A stretch of DNA of 63,038 nt, the filler included, from Octopus bimaculoides (Eukaryota), in assembly GCF_001194135.2 (NCBI RefSeq). It is 6 parts of 6 records of this genome, joined end to end, with 100 filler letters (N's around TTAATTAATTAA, not from the genome) between each part and the next. Parts side by side here need not be neighbours in the genome. Positions count along the whole stretch, not along the records: positions 1 to 10,277 come from NC_069001.1; positions 10,378 to 36,400 come from NC_068981.1; 4 more parts are not named here. The stretch is one strand, 5' to 3'. The notes beneath the pieces were generated by a model. The model was not told the DNA's origin, did no database searches, and worked only from the letters and a program-made list of their open reading frames with translations. Made by a program: the position numbers and the translations under genes. Positions within the stretch are counted from its first letter, which is position 1. Every line of letters begins with the position of its first letter. Positions 1 to 11,250 of the stretch are shown here, piece after piece.

Positions 1-290
1 CTCTACTACCTCTGTCAAATGAATCACCAAAATTGGCCTTTCATTATTTATAATCTGTACCTGTTTGTTTGGTTACGAAATAAGATACACAAAAACGTGT
101 TTCTGAATTACGTGTATTTACTTTATATACATATGAGTTGAAAACCTTCTTCTAGCATTCCACTTAATATCCATGTTCCATGCTGGCATGGATTAGGGAG
201 TTATTAATGTAGAAATATGGTATCGTAGCTACTAACAGCTGAGGGTTGCGTAGTCTAGACGGCGTTTTTAGATTTCATTATTCTCTTTAA

Positions 291-318
291 CCCGGGCAAC
301 GCCGGGTGTTTCTGCTAG
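291..318 (+). mobile_element. Possible Helitron 3' terminus (hairpin plus CTAG)
   Basis: CCCGG-gcaacg-CCGGG stem-loop at 291-306, then CTAG at 315-318 followed by T, which is the canonical Helitron 3' end layout. No 5' end or Rep/helicase coding sequence identified. Confidence 0.5.
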
Positions 319-1693
319 TATATCATGTAGTATTTATTTTATAGTGGTCGGTTTCAGTTGAATATATGGTGATTGGGTGGGAAAATGTTACCCTGGGTGA
401 GATCATAACAGCTAACCCTGCACGGGACGCCGATTCGTCAAAGCTGTTGCTGAAATTCATTTACACCTGAGTGAACTGGAGTGACGTGAAATGAACTATC
501 TTGCTCAAGAAGTTATTTCCGGCCTTAGCGCGCCAGATTGAAGACATTTGAAGGGATACACTGAATGTAAATTGTAGAGCTCTACACGTGCTCCCTTTCG
601 GTTGGACGTCCTGTGTCTAGTTCTGGAAATTACGTCGCAAATCGACAGACTACGCTAACGATCCTGCAGATATTTACTTATGTAAATTTTAACAGGTGAA
701 ACCATGGTACGTAGGTTAATCGTTTTTATTTAGTATTTTTTCATTTGTCTTGCCCTTTTACAGTCTGTTGTGTCGCTGAATTTNNNNNNNNNNNNNNNNN
801 NNNNNNNNNNNNNNNNNNNNNNNNNNNNNNNNNNNNNNNNNNNNNNNNNNNNNNNNNNNNNNNNNNNNNNNNNNNNNNNNNNNNNNNNNNNNNNNNNNNN
901 NNNNNNNNNNNNNNNNNNNNNNNNNNNNNNNNNNNNNNNNNNNNNNNNNNNNNNNNNNNNNNNNNNNNNNNNNNNNNNNNNNNNNNNNNNNNNNNNNNNN
1001 NNNNNNNNNNNNNNNNNNNNNNNNNNNNNNNNNNNNNNNNNNNNNNNNNNNNNNNNNNNNNNNNNNNNNNNNNNNNNNNNNNNNNNNNNNNNNNNNNNNN
1101 NNNNNNNNNNNNNNNNNNNNNNNNNNNNNNNNNNNNNNNNNNNNNNNNNNNNNNNNNNNNNNNNNNNNNNNNNNNNNNNNNNNNNNNNNNNNNNNNNNNN
1201 NNNNNNNNNNNNNNNNNNNNNNNNNNNNNNNNNNNNNNNNNNNNNNNNNNNNNNNNNNNNNNNNNNNNNNNNNNNNNNNNNNNNNNNNNNNNNNNNNNNN
1301 NNNNNNNNNNNNNNNNNNNNNNNNNNNNNNNNNNNNNNNNNNNNNNNNNNNNNNNNNNNNNNNNNNNNNNNNNNNNNNNNNNNNNNNNNNNNNNNNNNNN
1401 NNNNNNNNNNNNNNNNNNNNNNNNNNNNNNNNNNNNNNNNNNNNNNNNTATATATATATATATATATGTAAAAGGTTGGAGAGGAACACAAGAGTAGATA
1501 TATATGTATATGGAAAAAAGACAAGGTAGAGAATGGTAAGATTCACGACCTCGAAACCAAAAGAGTTAACAAGAGAAATAGAAACAAGGAAAATGTCCCT
1601 GGTGTTTGAATACTATACAAATATGTATTAAAAAAAACTTTTCATTTAAATTTGCCAAAATTTAATTTTTCCAAAATTTGTTATCCATATTTA

Positions 1694-1730
1694 CAGTTGA
1701 AAAGATCTCAAGGGTCGAAAACCGGTACTG
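1694..1730 (+). ncRNA. Degenerate minimal hammerhead-like motif (PLE-type)
   Basis: CAG-TTGAAAA-GATCTCAAGGGTC-GAAA-ACCGGT-A-CTG: stem I CAG/CTG, stem II GATCT/GGGTC, palindromic stem III ACCGGT. The core differs from CTGANGA at two positions. Confidence 0.35.
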
Positions 1731-3469
1731 AAATGTTTTTACCATTTTCTATCTTGTCTTTTTTCCATATATTATTATTATGTAAGTCCTCTAAGAGTCC
1801 GTAAGTCAGTTGTCTTACATACATATGATATATAGTAGATATCATTTTCCTCACTATATATATTCTAAGCAGCAGAAAGTTCCAAAAATTACTCTAAGGC
1901 TGAAAGTTTCGTTTATAGCATTCATAAAATTGATTACTACCATACACGAAACACTCGTCCCCCGAGTCTATTATAACTTATTGCCGATATAAAAAAAAAA
2001 TAATAATATACGTATACTAATTTCCTCTTTTCATCTGATTCATTCTACCAAACCTTTGTATTATGTTATAGTTTATAACATATACATCGTTTTCATCATA
2101 TGTATATATATTTGGGTTTCATCATATCTATATATAATACTTCTCATCTATATATCGCACTGTCTGTATATTACTTGATGCATTAAATCATTTGCTTTTC
2201 TGTATTCTACACGTTTAAACGTCTTTGCTGCGACCAAGACAAAAGAAAAATAATAACCATTTTATATTTATAAATTCCATCAAACGAATGAATGAACGAG
2301 ATACCGAGGCGGCTGCTTTAATAATAATATTAACGATAATAGAAAACCGATACCTTCCTTATACGTGATCGAATTAATGATTCGATATATTTGGTTATTG
2401 TAATTTAATTAATTTTCTTTTTTAGAAATTCACATTAAAATATATCTAAATACAATTTATATTAATAAAAAAAGATTAATATAATATATATTAGGTAATT
2501 AAGTATTATGGGATGTTAACCCTTCCGAAATATTGCAAGTATAATTAATTTTTTTTTGTAACGAAATCTTTTAAAAATTAATTTACTTTTTCTAGATTTT
2601 TATTTCCTTTAATGTTTATTTTTTTCTAAATGAACTATAAAATGATTGACGAAGCCCATTGATATTTTTTTCTTTCTTCTCGTCAAGCCACCCGTTTCTA
2701 GTTTTGACTACCCCGGGCGTCATTCGTCGTATGTAAAGAGTCTAACCTCCAATCTGTTTATAAGCTTATTTTTATTATTATTATAAATAGAAGCGGATTA
2801 AAACAGCATATTTTAAGCAAAATATACGACAAAGCATTCGTAAATAAATACTACAACTGAAAAAATGTGCGGAAGAACAGCGTGGTAAGTGTTTTTGAAA
2901 CGAATATTATTTGTCATGATTTAATATTTACGTTTATTAATTGAGTTTTTAATTTTCTCAACTGATAAATCATGAAATATATAATGTCTGATCCGTTTTG
3001 TATACTAATAATATTTGTTAATTGATCAAAAACGATGTGCATGCCAAATAACGAGCCAGAAAGTAAGGACTTCTGTCCCCGGACCAGTTGAATCCCTTCC
3101 AGATCGACCCAAGTTTCGTTTCCCGCTAAAAAAAGCAAAGGAATAATCATTTCTGCTCCAACTGGATTCCATTTCACGTGCTGCTAATTTGCTTTATTCT
3201 CTCTCAGCAAGTGTTTCAACACCACAAATACTCGAATTTCTTCCTCCATCACTAAAACCCAGACTGATATCAGTGGTTTTTGTAGTCTTACCCACCAAAA
3301 CACAAACGTTATCTATAAACATTGAACATTTTCATTTCTAGACTACGGCATAACTACAGTTTCGCGCTCCAATGGCATATCTATAGTTTGGTACTTCATG
3401 ACACAAGTTATTTCTATGATATGATTGTATTTTTGTGATATGCCTACTGTTTAGTGTCCCTATGATATA

Positions 3470-3630
3470 TAGTTAGTGTTGAGAAGAGGACATCAAAGGC
3501 TTTATGGACTGACGATATCAAAGAATTGATTCAAAACAAAAGCTTGGCTGCTTGTATTCCTGCAGCACAAAACAGGGAACTGGAGGGTCTTGGCTAGGCG
3601 ACCCTAGACACAGGAAAGGCTCCTAATTGA
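3470..3630 (+). mobile_element. Decayed RTE-like LINE ORF C-terminal remnant
   Basis: Manual translation EKRTSKALWTDDIKELIQNKSLAACIPAAQNRE resembles the RGRP..W.DDIKE....AAQDR..WR C-terminus of RTE-clade ORFs. Confidence 0.45.
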
Positions 3631-5195
3631 TGACACAGCCTAACTCTGGTATGGTGTCCCCCTCGCGATTGTTATGTCACAACTCCTTGAAAAAGGTATA
3701 TTTATTAATGACATTTTGCAGATATATGTACTCGACGATGTAGTGTTTTGAAAGAACTTTTAAAAATACGCATTTTAAGTGTTAAGAGGAAACAGTCGGG
3801 AGAGAGTGGGTTGAGAATAAACTAAAAATCCTTAAGAAAGCAATTTATCAACATAATCGGAATCTACATTTTTGCAAATCTTTGTATATAAAAGAAAAAC
3901 AATCGTATTTTTAGGACGGAACTAGGGCTCTGAAATGTAGTTATACTTCCTATTTCCGTCTCCGGTGAGGCGGTGCATTAACAAAAATCAAAATTTAGTG
4001 GAAAGTAATTTATATTTCCTTTTATTTACTATTTAACTGTTCTAATTGTTCTCAGTCTTTCTCCTTCTTCCATAAAATATTAGATTCCCATGAGTAATTT
4101 ATTTGCTTTCCTATATCTTTATTACGGACGATTTTCCCTGCTGTCTTTTATTTCCGTCCGTTTTCATTTGTATTGGTTGTCCCAGTCGAGAGACACATCA
4201 GACTTTGTTTCCTCATAACTTTCAGAAAAACGGGAATTTTGGAATGAAATTCTCTAGAAATACTTTCCAGATGTTGTAGATTACTTTTATATAATTTAAT
4301 GTAAACCCCCCCCCCCAAAAAAAAAGTGGTTGTAGGGGGAATTGTTGGTCGCCCATTCATACATACTGATATACATCACACCTATCTATTTACAAAATAA
4401 ACTTGAAATTTTTGAGAAAAAATGTTGTAATATGTCAGTGTGAATGTGGGCCCACCAATAAACATATATTTTAAAATTAGAAAACACCATACTTTAGAAT
4501 TTTTGTTGAGATTCAGTGTCGTTTCGACAAATTTACAAAAGTTATTTTATTTCTTTCGTTTGCTGTTTGAATGCTCTCACTTTTATCAACATCTGATACA
4601 CTCGGATAGTTTCATTTACTACTTCTCTTATAAATTTATGTCGTCTTGCGTTGAGGTATGACATTTTTTACCTACCACTCTTCCATTTCCTGTCATTGTC
4701 ACCAACAACCTCATGTTTTTATTGACTCACTCGATGGAGTGGTCACGCTAGAGGCTCGTGGTAACTAATATGTATTATTTTAGTACTGAAGCGAGATAGA
4801 TTACAGGACGAAATACTACAGACTAAAGGCGTTTGTTTGATATTTAAAAGTAAAAGACATTTCTTAGAAAAAAAAAGAATGAATTTATTGAGAAGGCTGT
4901 TTGGTAAGAATAGGTAACCTTTCGGTTTATGATCATAAAGTGAAAATGGGAAATTATCATAAGCAATTGGCATTGATATTTTGAAAAAATAAGTTATCAA
5001 ATTTAAAAAAAAATATTATCACTATCAAAATCATATTCTCTGTATTTCATAAACGTTTGATACCCACCAAAAAATAGGTCTTTTTTTTTTTTTTTCGAAA
5101 AAGTTTTGAGTTCAAATCTTGTCATAACCTACTTTATCTTTCATCCGTATCTCCTCATCATCTGGCGTCTGCTTTCCATGCTAGCATGGGTTGGG

Positions 5196-5352
5196 CAAGT
5201 CAACCCTAGTATTTCACTGGTACTTAATCTATCGACCCCGAAAGGATGAAAGGCAAAGTCGACCTTGGTGGCATTTGAACTCAGAACGTAAAGACAGACG
5301 AAATACCTCTAAGCATTTCACCCAGCGTGCTAATGTTTCTGCCAGCTCGCCT
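5196..5352 (-). mobile_element. tRNA-derived SINE, family B
   Basis: Reverse complement matches the copies at 21190, 30712, 44240 and 57385 (ggcagaa..gttagca..tgagttcaaatt..gcctttcatcc..aagtaccag). Confidence 0.8.
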
Positions 5353-6080
5353 TTTAAAGGGAAATATTACCGGACTTGGAAACAGGTGAGGGTTGATGAC
5401 AGAAATGGCATCTGGCCATAGGAAATCTTCCAGAACCAAATCCCATCCAACTCATGCAAGCATGAAAAAGTGGACGTAAAAGTGATGAATTCATTAAGAA
5501 ACACCGAAAGTAAACCTTCAATGTTCTTTATGCGAAAAAAGAAAAAAAGGCCATTTGGTATTTGAAATATTATTTCAGTGAGATGATTGTTTAAAGGAAA
5601 TTTATTGTATTTTTCTAACCTGTGTGGTTCCCTGTTGTTCATAAGTGGTTACGGTTTGCTGATTTCTCCTGCTGCCTTATTGTAATTACTAAATCTAGTT
5701 GTTAGGAAGCTTATGAAAGGCTTGTGGAGTCTTCGCTTTTGTTTCTTTATAACAATATAAATGTGTGCATGAGAGTGATTGTCATAGACTCTCTCTCCCG
5801 AGGGGGGCAGATATGAGTGTTCATTAACTTCTTGCACTGAACAACCTGCGCAGACCAATTGTCTATAGTTATCAAATGTTTGTGCTGTACATTAGTTTTG
5901 CTCCTTCCATCAAATTAACTTCGCCTGAACAGGCGAAAAAAAGATCAATAAATACTGGGGTCCATCCATTCAAATAAAATATTCTTCAAGGTGGTGCCCC
6001 AGCATGGCTGCAGTCTAATGACCAAAGCAAGTAGAAGATAAAAGATATATATATATACATATATATACCCACAAGGCATT

Positions 6081-6142
<62 letters not shown>

Positions 6143-6201
6143 ACGTATTTATGTTGAGGCATATAACAGAGTGAAAGAGATTTCATAAAGCAACTACTTA
6201 C

Positions 6202-6547
6202 CATGAATGTGTGTAGGTCAACCACCGTGTCTGATGCTAACACTGATACTCGTTCCACTAGGTCTCTTGTTAAATGAACCATATCAGTTACAGCAGAATG
6301 CAGTTGGGAGTGGTGGTAGTATTTCCGTAAATCCTGAAAATATTTCTGTGCCAACTCCCTATTCATTATCTTAGAGAGTTTCACCCTGAGTTGCTTCTGT
6401 TGCAGCAACAGCTGCCCTTGGAATGGCTCCTACATCTGGTCCGTGTATGGGTTTAATTATGTCCAGTTTGGTGGTGGTGGTGGTAGCTTGCCTTCCTCTA
6501 TGTATGAGTGGCTGGATGTGTCTTGTTTGCTCTTAACGTACATTGTG
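6202..6547 (-). pseudogene. Exon-like 346-nt segment: 115 codons with two in-frame stops, or an open 228-nt exon at 6202-6429
   Basis: Acceptor-like ttgatttag| at 6548 and donor ATG|GTAAGT at 6202/6201. One frame reads TMYVKSKQDTSSHSYIEEGKLPPPPPNWT*LNPYTDQM*EPFQGQLLLQQKQLRVKLSKIMNRELAQKYFQDLRKYYHHSQLHSAVTDMVHLTRDLVERVSVLASDTVVDLHTFM. Protein family not recognised. Confidence 0.35.
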
Positions 6548-8034
6548 CTAAATCAATAGCTTAAAACATAGGGCGGCAGTGTGTAATCCAGTTCTCATCA
6601 TAACCAGCTAATCCTTTAGTCTACCAGTACTTAATTATACAGTTATATATTTATACACACACACATTCATTCAGCTAAGAAGTTTAGAAAAATATGAAAT
6701 TATGACCAAGATGCACACACACGTGTGTGTGTGTGTGCATATATATATATATATAGATTCAAGGCTTGAATATGGTACTTATGCGAAGGCACCCGAATTT
6801 CACATCCCAAAAGGATGGGTGATTAAAATCAAATAATAAGCAACACGGATTTCAAAAGTGATTGCAGTATATATATATTATTATTAAGGTGGCTATTCAC
6901 AATTTAAAGACCAAAAGGCACAAGTACAGTTGTCACCAGAGTGACTATGGGTGAACATCAGCTTTGCTAGAAATAAGAGTCACACCAACTCTTAGCCACT
7001 GGCAAAGCCCTTACCTATTGACTGACAACGGAGACCAACTGCCTATATATTAAGGTCCTGGAAGAATAGAAAGATGGGCTATTTCCAATGCAGCACTCAA
7101 CCTGAGCTTCAGGGTATCTCCATTTTTGACTTGACGTCTCAAGAAACATGGAAATCCTTCAGGTATAGAAAATCCAGGTGTCATTTTAGTAAAACCAATT
7201 TGTAAGTTTAGGGAAGAGTAAAATATAATCAAAATAAGAAGACAAAGAATTTGAAACTGCAAATATGTAACTTGTCGTGTGGAACTTTTGTGTGAATTGA
7301 AATGAAAAACGGAAACAATTGTAAATGGTTATTGAAGATGTGATAACCGTTAGTGGCACTTTGTCAGACTTGCATTAAAGATGTACTCTTAGACTGTGCA
7401 TCTACCAAGCAATGTAGTTTGCTTATGTCACAGAAAATAAGAAGTGTGTGTATCTAATCTGTCTATCCATTCACACACACACATGAATTTGATCTAAAAG
7501 TTGTCATTGGTCAGCCTGCATCCTTTTTTGACTTTCAGTTTGGTATATTTCATTTTAAGAAGGCAACAGGAAACCTCCCTATTCATCCGTAGTCATGACG
7601 GTTAACATTCCAGTAATCTACTTAAGTGGCCGGGGAGAGTATGGGACTCCTACCCCACACCCACCAGGTCGTATATACGGGCAATGCTGGAGTAGGTTCA
7701 CATGCACAGGACCTGCCCAAGACCACCACTAGGCTACACTACAAGCATGGTACCATGTGGCTGCCTACTTTGGAGCTTTCTAGGGGTATGTATGCTCAAA
7801 CGAAATCATACCTGCTTAAAGTGATCCTCTCGGGTTCAAAAGGTTAAATGGTCCAGGGACCAGTTAGCTCTGAGGAATGAGGCCATTGCTATAGTAGTGA
7901 TATAAAAAAAAGGGCAGAGTTAAGGGACAGAACATTTGCAAAATTGCAGTGCAGGGTCTGAGCAACCCACACCAACCAGCCCATGGATCCAGGTTTCATT
8001 TTATGATATTCACATGCAATTAAATGACTTGTTC

Positions 8035-8250
8035 ACCTTTATCGTTTACTTCTGTTTCAGTCATTGGACTGCAGCCATACTGGAGCAGCACCTTAAATGC
8101 TTTAGCCAAACAAATCGACACTAGTACCTGCCACACAGTTTCTGTGTGTAAGAATTGGTTGGCCTTGGGTTATCTACAGTAGAAAACACTTGCTCAAGGT
8201 GTTGCTCTGTGGCACTGAACCCAAAACCACAATGTTACAAAGTGAGCTTC
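8035..8250 (-). mobile_element. Decayed SINE family A (head and tail pieces)
   Basis: Contains the reverse complement of the family A tail (tgctccagtatggctgcagtccaatgactgaaac) and of the head (acagagcaacaccttgagcaagtg). Confidence 0.65.
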
Positions 8251-8889
8251 TTAATCAAACAGCAATTTTTTTTTTTTTTTTTCAATTTATTATTGCCCTG
8301 GTTTCATCTGAATGAAAGAGTTGTCTGCCCATGGCCTTCATGGGTCCCCTGTCACCAATGTGATCGGTGTCCCTCTTAAATATTTGTCATATTTTTTTTT
8401 TTACACATTTACAGTTATTCACAACATGTGAATGTTGTTTTTAATCTTAATCCAAATTAATCTTTTCAAACTAGAGCAGCTTAGAGAATATTTGAACTTG
8501 TACAGATAATCATTACTCATTAGCATTGAAAATTACTTTGGTTCGTCATCTTTCTGAGTACTTATATAGTTTCGTTAGGATAATAAGCAAATCTCCATAG
8601 CTACCAAGTTATTCTTTTCCTATTTCCAAGTAAATAACATCCTTGACAAAAACCAAGAAAACTTTGGTGGTTTATCTTTGATTCACAATCACCTCTGATA
8701 AAATTGGTCCAACTATGACCATCTAGTCTTATCCCATTTTTTCATCGATTCTAGGACATTAGATAATGTACTTTTCTAGTTTATAAAGGTAGTCAGCTGT
8801 AATTTGAGGGAGAATATGTTGCTATTTCTAATGAGACAATCAACTAGATTTGCTTTCTATTTCTTTATGTTTTTTTTTATCTTTTTGTC

Positions 8890-9115
8890 TTTCTTAGCAT
8901 TCAGATTATTCTATCAAATGTAATCCTTATTTATCCCCATTGTTTTAACTTAATCATGCATTATCTTGTAGCTTTGAGATTTCGATGATGTGATTGCTTA
9001 TTCTTTGGAACAACATTGCAGCGTAGGTGTGAGAGGCTGAATCTGGCTGGCTAGAACATTAAAGCAGATAGAATATTGAGGCCAGATAAGGTCAGTTTAA
9101 ATGCTGTATGGTTAA
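8890..9115. mobile_element. Probable non-autonomous DNA element (MITE) ending in TTAA
   Basis: Imperfect terminal inverted match ttagcatt ... aatgctgtatggttaa over about 225 bp, noncoding. A piggyBac-like assignment is inference from the TTAA end. Confidence 0.35.
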
Positions 9116-9825
9116 CTCCTTTGGTATTAACCTGCCTGAGACCATCTCTGGTTCTATGATACAGAATTTCTGTTTTGAAGGATATTTAGATCTTGTGATT
9201 TTGTAACTTGACTTCCAAAGCATGTCGAACAATGATGTGGATTTTCATGTACACAAGTCCACCTTTGTTCGTCTTTCATTACATTCACTCTGGTGTGTGT
9301 GTGTGGCGGGGTCGATGTAACTGACTTACCCCTTCCTCGTAAAATTACTTGCCTTGTACCAAAATTAGAATTGCATTTAAATTTGTCAAATGCGATTTGA
9401 GGAAGATTTGATTGCTGTTTCTAGCAGGTCATATAACCAATAGGAGCAACTACTCCTACTTCACATTGATTCTTTCTCCCTCTCTGCCTCATGCTTTGAT
9501 CTTGTGTTATCAGTGATGTGATTTGTGACCCATGGCAGCAAAATAGCATGTTATGTGTCAGTACAATGGGAACCACTCCTGTATTTAGGAGTTCAATTCT
9601 GTATCATTCATGAAGTTCCTGATGAGATTAGATGTTGGTGTTGTTGTTATTGTTGTTGCATTAGAAAAATCCTATGTTGTGTTAATGAGTGCAGTTAATG
9701 ACTTGTGATTAGGTCAGATATAATAATTATTTACATGTTAACATGATATTTTGATGAAGTCGCATTTTGTTAGTCATTAGGATGTTTTTGTCATTTTTAG
9801 ACACTCAAGAATATCTTTATGTGCA

Positions 9826-9860
<35 letters not shown>

Positions 9861-9944
9861 ATGATGTATACAACACTTGCAACTGTTTCTGATTCATATT
9901 TGAATATATTTAAGCAAAAATGCTCGTTCTAAGATCAACGCAGG

Positions 9945-10100
9945 ATTGGTTGTGTGGTAAGAGGCTTGCTTCCCAACCACATGGTCCTGGGTGCAGTCCC
10001 AGTATGTGATACCTTGGGCAAGTGTCTTCTACTATAGCTTCAGGTTGGCCAAAGCCTTGTGAGTGGATTTGGTAGACAGAAACTGAAAGAAGCCCACCTT
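9945..10100 (+). mobile_element. SINE family A head
   Basis: tgtgtggtaag..ccaaccacatggtcctgggtgcagtccc..ccttgggcaagtgtcttctactatag..gatttggtagacagaaactgaaagaagccc matches 32541-32700. Confidence 0.85.
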
Positions 10101-10142
10101 ATCCCCATCATCATCATCATATATATATACACACACATATAC

Positions 10143-10174
<32 letters not shown>

Positions 10175-10377
10175 GCATACATACATACATATGTAGAGAC
10201 GACCTTCTGAGTAAAGGTATTTATAATTAGTTCAATAGCGTTGCAAGATGATAGAGGTTTCAATCTCCACTTATTAANNNNNNNNNNNNNNNNNNNNNNN
10301 NNNNNNNNNNNNNNNNNNNNNTTAATTAATTAANNNNNNNNNNNNNNNNNNNNNNNNNNNNNNNNNNNNNNNNNNNN

Positions 10378-10786
10378 AATTGACCAGATATAGTTGTCAA
10401 AGATCATGAAGAAAAAAAATGCTTTCTAATTGATGTATCAATACCAGCAGATGACAACGTTTCTCTAAAAGAAATGGAAAAACTTTCAAAATACAAAGAC
10501 CTGGAAATAGAGATAACTCGAATGTGGAATCTAAAAACAGAAACAATTCCTATCATAGTAGGTGCCTTAGGTATAATAAAAAAATATTCAGACAAATACA
10601 TAACAAAAACACCAGGACTTACAAATATATATAACATACAGAAAATTGCACTACTGGGCACTGCACACATTCTACGCAAAACACTTTCAATACAGTAAAC
10701 ATAAGAGCACCACAGCAAACCACACTACATACGCACAGAGCTCGGTAGTGAAGTGAAAGCACGTTATAAAAATAAAACTACAGAAC
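10378..10786 (+). mobile_element. 3' end of RLE-type non-LTR retrotransposon (R4/Dong-like), AAT-tailed
   Basis: DIVVKDHEEKKCFLIDVSIPADDNVSLKEMEKLSKYKDLEIEI..IPIIVGALG..LLGTAHILRKTL is the (P)D..ID..P..EK..KY restriction-like endonuclease domain. Short 3' UTR runs directly into (AAT)n. The 5' side abuts an assembly linker. Confidence 0.9.
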
Positions 10787-10885
<99 letters not shown>

Positions 10886-10923
10886 AAGAAGAAGAAGAAG
10901 AAGAAGAAGAAGAAGAAGAAGAA
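10787..10923 (+). repeat. Compound microsatellite (AAT)n(GAA)n
   Basis: Direct inspection: AAT 10787-10857, GAA 10858-10923. Confidence 0.95.
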
Positions 10924-10924
10924 A

Positions 10925-11250
10925 GCCGTAGGACAACCGGATTCCAATCTAAGACTGAAGCCGCAAGGTATCCTGATAAAACGATGGTAAGATAAGCCCC
11001 TAGATGGCAAATAAAGGAATAAGCTAAACAGAAAAGAAATAGATAAAGCAAAATCCCAACAATGAGTGTGAAGCTCAAGACTCAAAGGAAAGACTGAAGG
11101 ATTTTTAACTGCAGCAGAAGAAGAAAGCCTTCCGACCAGAAATCACCAAGAGCACATAATGAAAAGAAATACAAGTAACTGCAGAATATGCAGTGTTGGA
11201 GAAAAACAATGAATTATATTGTCTCTGGCTGCCCAATCCAGGCTAAGACG
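10925..11250 (+). mobile_element. Decayed internal fragment of R4/Dong-like LINE (thumb to CCHC)
   Basis: Manual translation with stops and a frameshift: LKGKTEGFLTAAEEESLPTRNHQEHIMKRNTSNCRICSVGE/TMNYIVSGCPI, the LK.ETEG...AAQ..L.TR motif plus a degenerate C-x2-C-x8-H-x4-C knuckle (H replaced by Y). Confidence 0.8.

Noticed and set aside
730-1546. Long ORFs spanning N runs (also at 14.4-15.7, 24.7-25.7, 38.7-40.0, 44.6-45.5 and 52.4-53.5 kb)
   Set aside because: They are open only because N codons contain no stops.
2914-3350. Open frames on both strands around 3.0-3.3 kb
   Set aside because: Interrupted by stops, no recognisable domain and no consistent splice signals.
3930-4560. Possible DNA-transposon MITE pieces (cataactttc... 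motif)
   Set aside because: No matching terminal inverted repeats or target duplication could be identified.
7050-7262. 70-aa minus ORF with hydrophobic N-terminus and LQIG..C..KNGDTL, faintly like FKBP2
   Set aside because: Motif spacing is wrong, the HYTG and FDSS motifs are absent, and the start is TTG. A phase-compatible splice to the 6547 acceptor is possible but has about a 1-in-3 chance probability.
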